NCBI RefSeq assembly: GCF_030144855.1
Contig: NC_082731.1
Span: 26,660,001-26,724,000 of the forward strand
DNA: 64,000 nt
Direction of reading: 5' to 3'
From: Hypanus sabinus
Lineage: Eukaryota
Both the position numbers and the translations under genes were made by a program. Of this stretch, positions 34,600-48,635 are shown piece after piece. The notes beneath the pieces are model-generated. The model searched no databases. It was not told where the DNA came from and saw only the letters and a program-made list of their open reading frames with translations. Numbering within the stretch: the stretch's first letter is position 1; every line of letters starts with the position of its first letter.

Positions 34600-35480
34600 A
34601 TGTGCAGCAGACTCTTGAGTCAAACATCCCATAACAATCTCTGTGATAGGAAGACAGGCAGAGGCACAGATTCAAGAGTGTCCTCAAAGGACAGAGGGCT
34701 GACAGGAGTGAGATATGCCAACAAGTGGAGTTGTGGCACCTAACATCAGTAAGATGAAAGAAATGATTGTGGACTTCAGGAAAGGTAAGATGGAGGAACA
34801 CACACCAATCCTCATAGAGGGATCAGAAGTGGAGAGAGTGAGCAGTTTCAATTTCCTGGGTATCAAGATCTCTGAGGACCTAACCTGGTCCCAACGTATC
34901 GATGTGGTTAGAAAGAAGGCAAGACAGTGCCTATACTATTGTAGATGTACCATGGAGAGCATCCTGACAGGCTGCATCACTGCCTGGTATTGGAGGGGGG
35001 GGGGGGTGGTGTTGGTGGTGGAACCATTGTACAGGACTGAAAGTGGCTGCAGAATGTTGTAAATCTGGTCAGCTCCATCTTGGGCACTAGCCTACCAAGA
35101 ACCCAGGACTTCTTCACAGAGTGGTGACTCAAAAAGGCAGTGCCCATTATTGAGGACCTCCAGCACCCAGGCCATGCCCTTTTCTCACTGTTACCATCAG
35201 GTAGGAGGTACAGAAGCCTGAAGGCACACACTCAGTGATTCGGGAACAGCTTCTTCCCCTCTGCCATCCGATTCCTAAATTCACGTTAAACCCTTGGATA
35301 CTACATCACTTTTATAATATATATTATTTCCCCTTTTGCACAATATTAATCTATCAAATATACGTGTACTGTAATTGATTGATTGATTTATTATTATTAT
35401 AACATTTTTTCTTTATTTTATGTATTGTATTGAACTGCTGCTGCTAAGGTAATAAATTTCATGACACACGCTGGTGGTAA
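34600..35480 (+). mobile_element. L2/Rex-like LINE 3' fragment
   Basis: KMKEMIVDFRK, FNFLGIKISEDLTWS, CTMESILTGCITAWY. Confidence 0.8.
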
Positions 35481-35758
35481 TAAACCTGATACTGATTCTG
35501 AAAGTCTTCCTCAATAAATGCACAATCCTACTGAACCTTGGGAATCTCTGTCGATTGACTGATGCATATGGAATGGTATTTGGAGCATCAAGTCCATGGA
35601 CCATAACAAACAAAATTCTTGTGTTATCCCCGATGAATAATGAACAGATGATTCACTCTTTATACATTTTCCCAGTTATTACCTCTGGTGTTCTTCTATC
35701 CACCCTGCAATGGCTGTTTACATCACAACTTTCCATTTCTCCTTCATATTCCTGTAAA

Positions 35759-36180
35759 TACATTCAATGGCCACTTTATCAGGTACACCTGCTCATTAAC
35801 GCAAATATCTAAATTGCCCATCATGTGGAAGAAACACAACACATAAAAGCATGTGGGCATAGACAAGATGTTCAGTTGTTGTTCAGACCAAACATCAGTG
35901 TGGTGAAGAAATGTGATCTAAGTGACTTTGATCATGGAATGATTGTTTCGGCCAGACAGGATTACTGAAGTCGCTCGGAAACTGCTGATCTTCTCAAATT
36001 TTCACACACATCGGTCTCTAGAGTTTACAGAGAATGGTGTGAAAAACACACAAATAAAACATCCAGTGAATGGCAGTTCTGTGGGCAAAAAATGCTTTGT
36101 TAATGTGAGAGGTCTGAGGAGAATGGCCAGACTGGTTCAAACTGACAGGAATCCACAATGTTCCTTTTTTTTTACAGTCG
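35759..36180. mobile_element. Tc1-derived MITE family A, copy 3
   Basis: Terminus CATTCAATGGCCACTTTATCAGGTACAC; collinear with copy 2. Confidence 0.7.
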
Positions 36181-36229
36181 TGTGGACCAACCATTGATCT
36201 AAGCAGGAATTTTTTTACATGGCCTGAAA

Positions 36230-37230
36230 ACTGCAAAACAGACAAAATGCTGGAGGAATTCAACAGGCCAGGCAACATCTGTGGAAAAGAATACAGTCAA
36301 TGCTTCAGCAGGACTGGAGTAAAAAAGACGAGGAATCAGGATTAGAAAGGAGGAGAGGAAGAAATACAAAGTGATAAGTAAAACTAGGAGGGCGGAGGGG
36401 TGAAGTAAAGAGCGGGGAAGTTGACTGGTGAAACAGATACAGGGCAGGAGAAGGGGGAATCTAATAGGAGAGGACAGAAGTCCATGGAAGAAAGAAGGGG
36501 GGGAGGAGCAACAGAGGGAGGTGATAGGCAGGTAAGGAGATAAGGTGAGAGAGGGGAAAGGGGTTGAGGAATAGAGAAGGAGCGGGAAGGTGATTACCGG
36601 AAGTTTGACAAATCAACGTTCATGCCATCAGGTTGAAGGCTATCTAGATGGAATATAAGATGTCGCTCATCCAACCTGAGTGTGGCCTCATCATGACAGT
36701 ACAGGAGGCCATGGACCGACATGTCAGAATGGGAATGGGCAGTAGAAGTAAAATGGGAGGCCACTGAGAGATCCCACTTTTTCTGGTGGACAGAGCATAG
36801 GTGCTCAGTGAAGTGCTCTCCCAATCTGCATTGGGTCAAAATGATATACAAGAGGATACACCAGGAGCACTGGATACAATAGATGACCACAACAGACTTA
36901 ATAGTGAACTGTTGCCTCACCTGCGGAACTGTTTGGGCCCTGAATAGTAATGAGGCAGGAGGTGTAGGGGCTGCTGTAGCACTTGTTATACTTGCAAGGA
37001 TAAGTACTAGGAGGGAGATCAGTGGGAAGGTACAAATGGCTAAGGAAGTCATGTAGGGAGTGATCACTGTGGAAAGCAGAAAGTTGGGAGGGTGGGGTGG
37101 AATGGGAAAGATATGCTTCAGGGTAGGATCCTGTTGCAGATGTCTGAGGTTATGGAGAATTATGTGCTGGATGTGTAGGTGAAGATAAGAGGAAACATAT
37201 CCCTGGTGGAGTGGCACAAGGATGGGGTGT
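36230..37230 (-). mobile_element. Penelope-like element fragment
   Basis: ORF 36594-37301 ends TQCRLGEHFTEHL...LRLDERHLIFHLDSLQPDGMNVDLSNFR. Confidence 0.8.
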
Positions 37231-38569
37231 TTGTGACCGAAAACTGTGCGGCACTTTACAATAAAATTAGATAAAATAAATTTCCAACTGCATAGCACCA
37301 AAGGCTATGGATGGGGAGCATTTCAGTGACTGTGCGACCACGCAGCTGAGAACAGTGCAAGGTGACATTAGCTCAAGTAACCACATGTTACAAAAGTGGT
37401 GTGCAGAAGAGCATCTCAGACTCTGAAAGTGAACAGGCTATAGCAGCAAAAGACCACAGCAATCACATTGGGTTCCACTCCTGTTGCCACTTCCTGAGGT
37501 TCACTCCAGTAGCTAATAAAGTAGCCACTAAGTATACATTCTCAAGTCTGGATAGTGTATGTTTGCAGATGGTATTATTCTTCTTTGGGTGGAGAGGTAG
37601 AGATTGGTCTCTACCAAAGGAGGTGTAAGCTGCTCCTTCCCTCCGCTAGCCCGCAGGCCATCCTTTGGCAAGGTGTAGCAATGTTCAGTGCTACGATTAC
37701 CAGCCTCCCCCATGGACCAGAGTCATGAAACCATGGAAGCAGGCGGTGGATGGTCATAGGAGTAGCTGGTGCAAACCACAAGTCTTGGTTATATGACCAC
37801 TGACATCAGATAGACAACCTCTCAAGAGTATTGATAATGGCTGGGATCATCCATCTTGTAAAGACACTGCCCAGAAGAAGGCAAACCACTTCTGCAGAAA
37901 AAATTGCCAAGTACAGTCATGGTCACCATGATCACCTATATCAAACATTACAGCACATAGTGGTGATGATATTCTCCTGAACCTTTCACCTTGCTGGTTT
38001 GACCCACTCCATTGGATATATGCATTGCCTGTCTCTTTTATGGCGTGACAATTGCCTGCCGCTTAAGAACCTGATTGCAGTCAAGATCTTGGTGCATGAA
38101 AGTTTGGATTGCTTCATTTGCTGAGGATCTACAGTAGGATTGCACTTTATGAACTCATCTGTAAATATCTCCTCATAATGGAAAGAAATTCATTCATGAA
38201 GCAGCTAGATCAATGATAAAACAGTGAGTAACATTCTGGGGTTGAGAGGTTTAACATTCAACAACCAAAACCATTTTGCTTTGTGGGAGGTATAACTCCA
38301 GTCATTAGAAGGTTTCCCCATTGTCCAGTTTTATTAAGGCACTTCAACGCCAAGCTCATTGAAATGGCCCCTTGTTGCCAAAGGCAAGCAGTCTGACCTC
38401 ACCTCTGAAAATTTGCACTTGTATGGACAAAGACTTTTCAGATAAAGAAATGAGAGATCCTGACAAAACCTAAGAAGGCCTTCAGTAAGTAGTTTATTAG
38501 TGAATGATTTAACAGCACAAGACAGCCATGATGATTGGTCATGAATTGGCTGGTTTGGATTTAGTCCTT

Positions 38570-40900
38570 TTTAAGTTCAAATTAAAGTTTGGTATCACAG
38601 TACCTATATGTCACCACATACAACTCTGAGATTCTTTTTCCTGCAGGCATACTCAGCAAATCTATAGAATATTAACTGTAAAGAGGGCCAATGAAAGAGC
38701 AAGAACATAGAAGACAATAAACTGTTGAAGCACAACTATAAATAAATAGCAATAAATAATGAGAACATGAAATAACAAGATAAAGATTCCTTAAAGTGAG
38801 ATCATTGTTTATGGGAACATCTCAATAGATGAGTGTAAATATCGTCTTTTGTTCAAAAGCCTGATGGTTGAGGGTAGTAACTGTTCTTGAACCTGGTGGT
38901 GTGAGTCCTGAGGCTCTTCTTCCTTCTGTCTGATGGCAGCAGTGAGAAAACAGCATGGCCTGAGTGGTGAGGACCTTTGATGATAGATGCTGCTTTCCTA
39001 TGACAGTGATTCATGTAGATGTGCTCAGTGGTTGGGAGGGCTTTATCCATGATATACTGGGTCGAATTCGCTTCCTTTTGCAGAATTTTCCAATCAAAGG
39101 CATTGGACTGGTGTTCCCATAACAGACGGTAATGCAGCCAGTCAATACACTTTCCACTACACATCTACAGAAGTTTGTCAAGGTTTTTGATGTCATGCTG
39201 AATCTCCACACCGTTCTATGGAAGGCACTGTTGTGCTTTCTTTGTAATTACGTTTATATGATCGGTCCAGTACAGGTCCTCTGAGATAGTGACACCCAGG
39301 AATTTAAAGTTACTGACCCTCTCCAATTCTGATCCTCCAGTGAAGACTGGTTCAAGGATCTGTGGTTTCCTTCTTCTGAAGTTCCTTGGTCTTGCCGGTA
39401 TTGAGTGAGAGGTTGTTGTTGTGACACCACTCAGCCAGATTTTCAGTCTCCCTCCTGTATGCTGATGCATCGCCACCTTTGATACAGCCCACAACAGAAA
39501 ACTTGTATAGGGTGTTGGAGCTGTACTTAGCCACCCAGCCATAGGTGTAAAGCTCGTTGAGCAGGGAGCTAAGCACACAGCTCTGTTGCCCACCTGCGCT
39601 GATGGAGATTGTGGAGGAAATCTTTTTGCCAATCTGAACTGACTGGGGTCTTCCAGTGAGGAAATACAGGAGCGAATTGCAAAAGGTGGTATTGAGGCCT
39701 GGTCTTAGAGTTTTCTAATTGGTTTCAAGGGGATGATGGTATTAAATGTAATCGATAAAGAGTGTCCTGATGTATGTATCTTTGCTGTCCAGATATTCCA
39801 GGGTTGTATGAAGAGCCAGGGAGATGGCATCTGCCATGGACCTGTTGCTCCATAGACAAATTGGAGCATATCCAAGTTGCCACTCAGACAGGAGCTGATA
39901 GGTTTAAATACCAGCCTCTCAAAACACTTTACTGCTGTGGATGTAAGTGCCATTGGGCAATAGTCATTGAGGCAGGTCACCACACTCTTCTGGGGCACCA
40001 GTATGATTGAAACCTGCTTGGAGCAGGTGGGTAGCATACACTGATGATATCCGTGAACACACCAGTCAGCTGGTCAGGACAGGTCTTTAGTACTTGGTCA
40101 GGTACTCCATCCAGACTGGATGCTCTCCTTGGATTCATTCTCTTAAAGCCAGCACATCAGCTTCAGAGAACAGAGAATCATCAGGAACTGTAAAGTGCAC
40201 GGTGGTTATTCCATGCTTTGGTGTCAAAGTGAGCATAGAAGGCATTGAGCTCATCTGGAAGAGAAACTCTGCTGCACCCCATGTTGGTTGATTTAACTTT
40301 GTTGGAGGTTATGACATTCAACCCCTGCCATAGTTGTTGAGAATCTGCTGTTGATTCCAGCTGAGTCTGAAATCTCCTCTTCGCCCTTGAGATGGCTTCT
40401 CGGATTTCATACCTACACTTCTTGTAGCATTCTTGATCTCTAGACTTAGATGCCTCTGATCTGGCCCTCAGCAAATTCTGGATTTCATGGTTCATCCAGG
40501 GCTTCTGACTGGGGAAGACCCTGAATGATTTTGTGGGGATATACCAATCTACAGCTGTTCTAATAAAGTTCATTACAACCCTGGTGTTGTCATTCAGATC
40601 CACAGATGAGTGCTTGAACACAGCCCAGTCCATTGACTCAGGACAATCCTGTAACCATTATTCTGTCTCCCAAGACCACCCTTAGTTGTCTTATTCTTGG
40701 AACCTTGCTTTTTACGTTCTGTTTATATGCAGCTAGTAGATGTACAGCCGAACGGTCGGACCATTCTTTTATGGAAACTGTATCAATTGAGTGACCAACC
40801 AGGCAACAACTTATGTTACTGTGACTGTGGGGAGTTTCTCTACTTATGCTCTTTATCACAGCCAAAATCTTTCATACATGCCTGACCAGATCTACCAATG
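38570..40900 (-). mobile_element. L2/Rex-like LINE, long decayed ORF2
   Basis: FPSQKPWMN, LPDELNAFYAHFD, CLNDYCPMALTSTAVKCFERLV, FKFLGVTISEDL, FCRCVVESVLTGCIT. Confidence 0.85.
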
Positions 40901-41099
40901 AGCTGTATTCATTATAAATTATTTAAAAACTCTCTACCTGTAGGATAAAAATCTTCAGGTACCACTGCCTGTATGTCCCATTCTGAGCTAAGACATAGGA
41001 TTGAAGGCAGAAACGTTGATAATCAGATAAACCAGATTGCAAGTAACAGCTCTGGGCACCAACTGCTGCCACTGGAAGGTAACAGCTCCTGAGCAAGAA

Positions 41100-41570
41100 A
41101 GATTGGATGTAGGTGACAGGGAGAAAAATGAAAACTAAAGAAGGGAGGGAGAAAAGGGGAACATAGAGAGATAAAGGAAGAAGTACAGAGTGAGAGGGAT
41201 GTGAAATAGGAGAAAATAGGGTGTTAAGAGTGGAAACGAGTGACAGAGGGAGCAATGAGGGAATAGGAGAGAAAGTAGGAGGATACATAGAAGCTGGAGA
41301 GGGGAAGTAAGATAAAGATGAGAGAAATGGAAACGGGCCAGAGAGGATGATTGAAAGGCTGAGCAGTGAATAGGGGTGAAGAAGGATCAGAAAGGAAGAG
41401 ATAACTGAAAGATGGGAAGTGGGGAGAGATGCGAAGAGGGAGCAATAGAGACTGGAGGAGAGAGATAGACAGTCAGATAACGAGACAGAGAGAAAGAGAG
41501 AGAGGTGAAGGGGAGGGGAGAGTGAGGGGGTGAGGGGGAGGGGGAGGGGGAGAGGGAGAAAATGAGCAGC
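41100..41570. repeat. Purine-rich (GA) low-complexity tract
   Basis: Strong A/G strand bias. Overlapping minus ORFs are S/L/P-rich artefacts. Confidence 0.85.
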
Positions 41571-41899
41571 AATGAGAAGTGAGGTGGCCAGAGAAGTAGA
41601 GTGGAAGCAACTGATATATAGCAACTTGACCTTTTCTGCTCACATAGTCTGAATCAGCTAAATTGATCAAAACATTTGGCCTTCATTCACTGTATATTTT
41701 CAGGCAAGAGACCAATCTTAACTATTCAGTCAGAGCAAGGATTCTCTTCCAAAGGCTTCCTCTTCTGCCTCTCTTTCATTTCTTCTGGAGGTCTCCAGGG
41801 CTCTGAACTTAGATCTTGTTTTTCATCTCCAATATCCTTTCAGTGAGATAATGTCATTTTCTTGAAATGTTGTTCTTCCAGTGCAAATCCTTAGTGTTT

Positions 41900-44800
41900 T
41901 CTGTTGGTAACATGATCTTAGGGGATTGAAGACTATTGCATGTCCAGTGCATGTTGGAATTGTTAATTCCCCAGATATGTTTAATCAACTGCAGCCCAAG
42001 TGGTAGCATTAACCGGAGACTATCACACCTGCTTAATGCTAATCAGAAGGAGTTTGAGAAGGATATCGGTAAACTCATAGATATGAAGTCTAGAATTGAA
42101 CTGGATGAAGCAGCAACTGCAAGATTGCATAAAGCCAGTCCAGTGCCTTATGCACTATGTCCTAAAGTGGATGCTGAACTTCAGTGTTTGGAGTGGTCTG
42201 ACATTTTCTCCATGAATGAATGGGGTGATTGGATTATGCCCATTGTCCTGATTATCAAGAAAGGGAAGACTGGAGATGTTCACATATTTGGAGTCTTCAA
42301 AATGAGCATCAACCCTGCGCTGCATACTGTGCAATATCTCCTGCCATGAAGAGAAGACATTCTTGCATCTTTGGCAGTCAGGGAGAGGTTTTCAAAGATT
42401 GACTTGTCACAAATCTATTTGCAAATGGAGATCCAGGAGACAAGCAGGAAATTCCTCAAAATCAACACTCACAAAAAATTGTTCCAGTATAATCATCTCA
42501 TCTTTGGCATCACATCAGCTCCAGCAATTTGGCAAAGAGCAATGAACCAACTGCTTCAAGATATCCCAGGAACACAATATTACCTTGATGACATCATCGT
42601 GACTGGCAAGAATGATGAGAAGCCCCTCTGGAACCTTGGTAAACTGCTTACCAGGCTGAGTGAGTATGGTCTGTGCGGAAAGAGAGAGAAATATGAGTTT
42701 TTCAAGAGTGAAATCACATATTGTGGACAGGTCATTGACAAGCATGGCTTAGATAAGTCACAAGAGAAGACTTAAGCAGTGCTACAGGCAAGAAATCCAG
42801 ACAATGTGTCACAACTCAGGTCTTACTTGGGCCTTGTAAATTTCTACTGGTTTCTCTCAAATATTGCTACAGTGCTGTATCCATCGAATGCAGTGTTACA
42901 GACAGGAGCAAAGCAGGAGTGGTCAGAAAGATGTGAAAGAGCATTCAAGGAAGCAAAGAAACTAGTAATATCTGATGAACTGCTTACACGTTATGACCAA
43001 TCTCTGCCTATCAGACAGAGATTGCCTTATGGCATTGGAGCCATTTTGTCCATCTTATGAAAGATAAGATTTGAACGTCTGATTCCATTCAAGATGACAA
43101 GAACACAACTACGCACAAATTGACTGAGAGGCCCATAGTCTGGTATGAGGAATAAAGAAGCTCCACCACTACTTCTACAGAGAAACATTTACTCTGGTGA
43201 CACACCAACAGCCCCTTGTGTCCATTTTCAACCCCGGTGATGTCTGCTACCCAGTTGCAACGTTGGGCATGTTCCCCAGAAGCTCACTCTTACAACACAG
43301 AATTCATGGATACCAAACAACACGGCAATGCTGGCAGCTTGTCATGTCTTCCATTGTTGGCAACTGAAGAAGAAAAGTCTTCATTCTGTGATCCAGCAAA
43401 AGTGTTCCAGACAGCACTGGTGGACCAGTTGCCAGTAACAAATTCTGAAATACAAGGAGAAACAAGGAATGACCCGATATTGTCAAAAGTCTATAACATC
43501 ACCATGCAAGGACGGCCAGCCCTATATTTCCAGAACTCTCAGTGAGACGAGACCAGCTACTGGTGTGTCAAAGAACACTGATGAGTGGATCTTGTGTTGT
43601 GGTTCCCTCCAAACTGCACACCAGAATGTTAGAAAATCTGCATGAAGGACACTTGGGTACAGCCAAGAAAAAGAGTCTTGCCTGGAGCTATGTGTGGTGG
43701 CTGGAAATAGGTAGACAGATTGATGATTTGGCCAAAAGCTGTTTGGAATGTCACAAAGTGCAAAATGCACCTCCACAGGCATCATTATACCTGGGAAGGG
43801 CCATCTTCACCATGGCAGAAAGTGCATGTTGAATTTTCTGGGCGATTCATGGACTCCATGCTTCTGTTTGCTGTGGATGCTCATTCAAAGTGGCTGGAGG
43901 TTATACCAATGAAGCCAAACACCTCAAAAAAGACGATTTCCACTCTGAGGACTACCTTCTCCAGAAATGGCTTAGCTGAACAAATTGTGAGTGACAATGG
44001 ACCACAATACACATCAGAAGAGTTCAGGCTGCTCATGAAGTAAAATGGCATCAGACATTTCAAGTCAGCTCCTCAGCTCCTCACCATCCAGCAATGAATG
44101 GATTAGCTGAGAGGTTTGTACAAACCTTCAAGAAGACCTTTAAAGTAATGCACAAGGAGGACATTTCTCTACAGTGCAGAGTGGACAACTTCCATTTTGT
44201 ATATGCAGGAAATTTGTTCATGCAATGAAAAATCCAACACCGGAAAAGCTATTCATGAGCAGGAACTTGAAACCAGATCTATGGAGGGAACTACAAAAGA
44301 AACAGTTCAGTGAGTTGCAAAGTAAATCATCAAGGAGCTTCAAGGTTGGACATGAAGTCTTAGTGCATGATTAAGTTTACAGAGTAAGCCAGGTGGACAC
44401 CTGGTAAGATAGCTATAAGAACTGCACCACTAATGCACACAGTGATGTTGAAGATCATAAATGGAGACATCATTTAGACCAGATACTAGATACTCAGCCG
44501 AAGAACACACCTGAGTCAACTGTATCCAACAAGAAGGACACATTGCATCCACTGGACTTATCTCTCAGTGATGATCACATCACCGACAGCAATGTGACAC
44601 CTGCAGCAGCGAAAGTTGTCTCTGACAAGACACCGGCTAAACCTGATGCCACTCCACAGGTCCAAAGACGCAATGCAAAAAGAAACAGAGCACCCCCCAA
44701 AAGAATGAATATTTAGTATAGTGGAATTAATTATGGACTGTTATTGTGAAAGCATGTTGGTTTGAATTTGGTTTGTTAAAGGGAAATTGAATGTTCTGTT

Positions 44801-45033
44801 ACATATACTGTTTTATGTCACCTTAACCTAAAGGGGGAGGAAGTGTAATGTATGGATCTATTTCCTTTAGAGCAATGACTCCCCTAGTACTACTTGCAAA
44901 CTGATAACTTACCCATGTGCATTGATCCTTACACCATTCTCTTTCACTGTAAAGTGAATACAGCAGCTAACCTCACTTCTGCATGGGTGCTTCTATTTAA
45001 TTGATATGTAGTTGTACAGACTCAACAATTACA
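41900..45033 (+). mobile_element. Decayed Ty3/Gypsy LTR retrotransposon (pol region plus 3' LTR)
   Basis: FSKIDLSQIYLQ, LIFGITSAPAIWQ, YYLDDIIVTG (RT); HEGHLG, VDAHSKWLEV, IVSDNGPQY (integrase); PPT AAAGGGGGAGGAAG 44830-44843; LTR TGTAAT...ATTACA 44844-45033. No gag or 5' LTR seen. Confidence 0.88.
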
Positions 45034-46282
45034 TCACACTACAGAGAAAAGGTAAAGTACCATGGACAAAAGGTCTGGAAATGCAGGATACACCTGGATT
45101 AGAGGATTTTATCATTAAGGATAATTTTCTCTGGAGTGTCAGAAGCTCAGGGGAGACCTGATAGAGTAGAATACACTGCTGGAGTGGTTATGTGCTGATA
45201 GATGGGTTTAGTCTAATTTGGCATCGTGGTCAGTATGGAGATAATGGGCTGAAGGGCCTGTTCCTGTGCTGTACTGTTCTGTGTTTTAAGTCTGTTCAAA
45301 ACCTAGCTTGGGAACAAGGGGACTGAAATTTCATTTATTTACTTATACTGAGATAAAAATATCAATAATGACAATCATGAAGCTACCAGACTGCCAGAAG
45401 CATCAACATGTTTAACTAGAGAAAGTGGTGATAGTAGCAACAGCAGGTACCCCAGAATGAAGGTCCTGGTGATGTAAAAACAGTGAATGATAACCATGTG
45501 TTCACGTATAAACCTCCAACACACAATCCAAATCCAACATAGACACTTCGTTTTATGTTTTTCTTGCAAAGCAAACAAGAGAATATCTGCAGATGCAGGA
45601 AATCGAGGTAATATACACAAAATGCTGGAGGAGCTCAGCAGGCCAGGCACCATCTATGGAAAAAAGTAAACAGTTGATCTTTTGGCCAGAAAACAAACAC
45701 TACATTCCTGGCCTGCTGAGTTCTTTCAGCATTTTTGGTGTGTTATTGTGTATTTGTTTTAACTAGCTTCAGTAAAAATCACTATTGTGCCCTCCATTCC
45801 TAATAGTTAGAGCCTATACAGATGAAGATGAAGAAGGCATACCATTACTTGACTAAACATTCAAGATCTCCAGCTGAGATCCTGACACTGTGAACTGTGA
45901 ATTTAGACTAGACGATGAGTTTAAATAATCTGCTCGTAGTGTCAAGTACCTTCCTGCTATGCCTTATAACAATTAACTCAGAGTGGATCAATCATAAGTG
46001 TGTTTATTTTACTTCCAGCAGGGGAAGACTAACACTGAACAAGAGCCAGTGATATCTCTAAAAAAGCAGACAGCATACTAACTCCTTTATACACGAGTGC
46101 TAGATACTGCACAACAGTTCAAGGATGGGATGCATTCCGTACATCTGCTTCATCAGTTTGTCAAAGACTCAGGTTCCATAGGCATAATTGTTACACAAAT
46201 TATTAGCAAAGCACTCTAAGTTCCTATTTGTTACAGGCAAAAATGCCATTTTGTTACTACAAGTACATTTCCACACTAACCT

Positions 46283-46600
46283 GGGAGTATTTCAAGAGAC
46301 TGTTTAGAGGGAACTTCACTCTCTATTAAACCTATGTTAGCCTAGTCCAGGAAATGTTTTATGGGACATTGAAGGAACTTCACTGTGTCAAATCTGTGTT
46401 GTTACTGCCCTGTTATGAACACAGAAAAGGATGGGATCTTCCAATAACATTACCTTCCAATAACACAATGCCAATATTTCCTTCATGCCTCAGCACATAA
46501 AAGCCCCAATCTCTTCAATTCACTTTGTAACAACATCAAGAAGACTGATTCTGTATTAAACCTATGCCATCCCTGCTGGAAGGGTTTCATGAGATGGCGT
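46283..46600 (+). repeat. Degenerate copies of a roughly 65-bp minisatellite-like unit
   Basis: Three diverged GGGAGT..TT....GGGAC..T.TAGAGGGAAC.TTCACTCT.TAT.AACC-like units. Confidence 0.4.
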
Positions 46601-47207
46601 AAGAGTGCAGAGATTGTTTTTGTCCAAAAGGAAAATCAGAATTTCATGCTTTCTTGATCCCGGATGAAAATGCCATGAATTTTCACTTACACCCTTTGGT
46701 GTGCTTGATGTTCAGTAATCCTTAGCTATTAATGTCTAACAGATGTCTGAAACTCTGTGATGACATTAACGCTCAGTCCTTCCACTTACAGATCCTCTCA
46801 GGTTTCACAGACAGGTTTAATTTGAGTGCGGGGCCCTCCCAGTGGAGCTCTGATACTGAAAATAAACACACTACTTTACATGAGGAAATACAATTCTAAT
46901 GTGCTTGGAACCTTCTACCAGGTTCATGTTTACCAAACAGAATGCGACGCATGGAATCAAAACCAATGGGCAAAAGATCACGAGAGAGCAAGACCTCTTT
47001 TCATTTCAGAAATAAGTTCAGTCTTGGTGATTGACCGATGCTAAGAGATTATTTATATAACTGGTGTCAACTTTTCAGACTAGGGCAGACACAGTTTATG
47101 TTCTGATACAGTGGAGAGACTGTTGCAATGATTTACTTTGTGTTTGGTAACACTGATTTGCAGAAATCTACCCTGATGGCTGTATTTAAGTTAATTGCAT
47201 ATTTATA

Positions 47208-47739
47208 CACTCATTGGTCACTTTACCAGATACCTCCTGAACCCAATAAAGTGGCCACTGAGTGTATGTTCACACTCTTCTACTGCTGAGCACATCCACT
47301 TCAAGGCTCAATGTGTTGTGGATTCAGAGATGCTGTTCTGCACACCACTGCAGTTTGAGTTACTGTTGTCTTCCTGTCAGCTTGAACCAGTTTGGCCATT
47401 CTCTTCTAACCTCCCTTGTTAACAAGGTGCTTTTGCCCAAAGAACTGCCCTCACTGGATTTTTTTTTGTGCTCTTCTCTGTAAACTCTAGAGATTGTTGT
47501 GTGTGAAAATCCTAGGAGATCAGCAGCTTCTGAGATACTCAAACCACCATGCCTGGCACCAACAATCATTCCACGGTCATTTTTCTTCCCCATTCTGATG
47601 TTTGGTCTGAACACCAACTGAACCTCTTGGCCAAAACTGCATGCTTTTTGCTTTGAGTTGCTACCACATGATTGACCGACTAGATATTTGCATTAACAAG
47701 CAAGTATACAGGTGTACCTAGTAAAGTGGCCAATTCGTG
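47208..47739. mobile_element. Tc1-derived MITE family A, copy 4 (both ends visible)
   Basis: TA|CACTCATTGGTCACTTTACC ... GTAAAGTGGCCAATTCGTG|TA. Confidence 0.8.
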
Positions 47740-48635
47740 TAAATTGGCAGCATTAAAGAAGAGAATAGTTATGAGGAAAACGGTGCCCTGGACTGCCTTG
47801 TCATCCCTGCTAAAGGGCATGGCCAGAATTCCTGATGGTTATTGATGAGAATCAAAGCTGGTCAGTGAATCACGTTTAAAAGATAACTGAACCATGCTCT
47901 GCAATCAGCAATGTATCACTGTGGGAGTTGGGATTACGACATGCCTGGGAGCTCACGTGCTCTGCAGATCAAAGGATAAACTCAGCTATTCTGAGGAAAT
48001 GATTGGTCTGCTGACCAAGGAAAGATGAAAGATCATCAGCTGAAAAGATCTCCAAATATAGCTGTCTGCCAAAACTTTCATTCTAGTATCAAGACTGTAA
48101 TTTGTGAATAGCTTCTTTTCTGAAAAAAGCCCTGTCACAACATCTTGCTTTTTGATATTGGATTCACCTTTAATTAAGGTGAGTTCACATCACTGGATTT
48201 AAGCCTTTTTGAATTATGCACCAATTTTAATTACGACCAATTCCATTCAACAAGCAACTAATTGTGTCAGAGAGGGTTATTGGCCTGCTGTTCGGATTAA
48301 ACGAATGGCCTATCTGTCCAATCTTCAGGCTGGAAAATCAACGTAAATGCAGCTCTGGCATAGGATGCACAGAACTAAGGACATATCAGACCAAAAAACA
48401 GCACACCAGTCTCTTCTCTCCATCTATTTGACCATCTGCTTTTATACACGTAGGACCTGAATTCTGCCATGAATTCACCCTTAAGTCATTCCCAACATTC
48501 CTCTGCACGTTGGTTGTTAGTCAGCCTTTGGGTGTAGTCTGTCATTTATTCTGTTGTTTTCTTTGTTCTACCGTGAATGCCGACAAGCAACTGAATCTCA
48601 AGGTAGCATTTGGTGAGATAAAGTTACTTTGATAA

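Noticed and set aside
40923-41670. 233-aa S/L/P-rich ORF
   Set aside because: Translation of a GA low-complexity tract.
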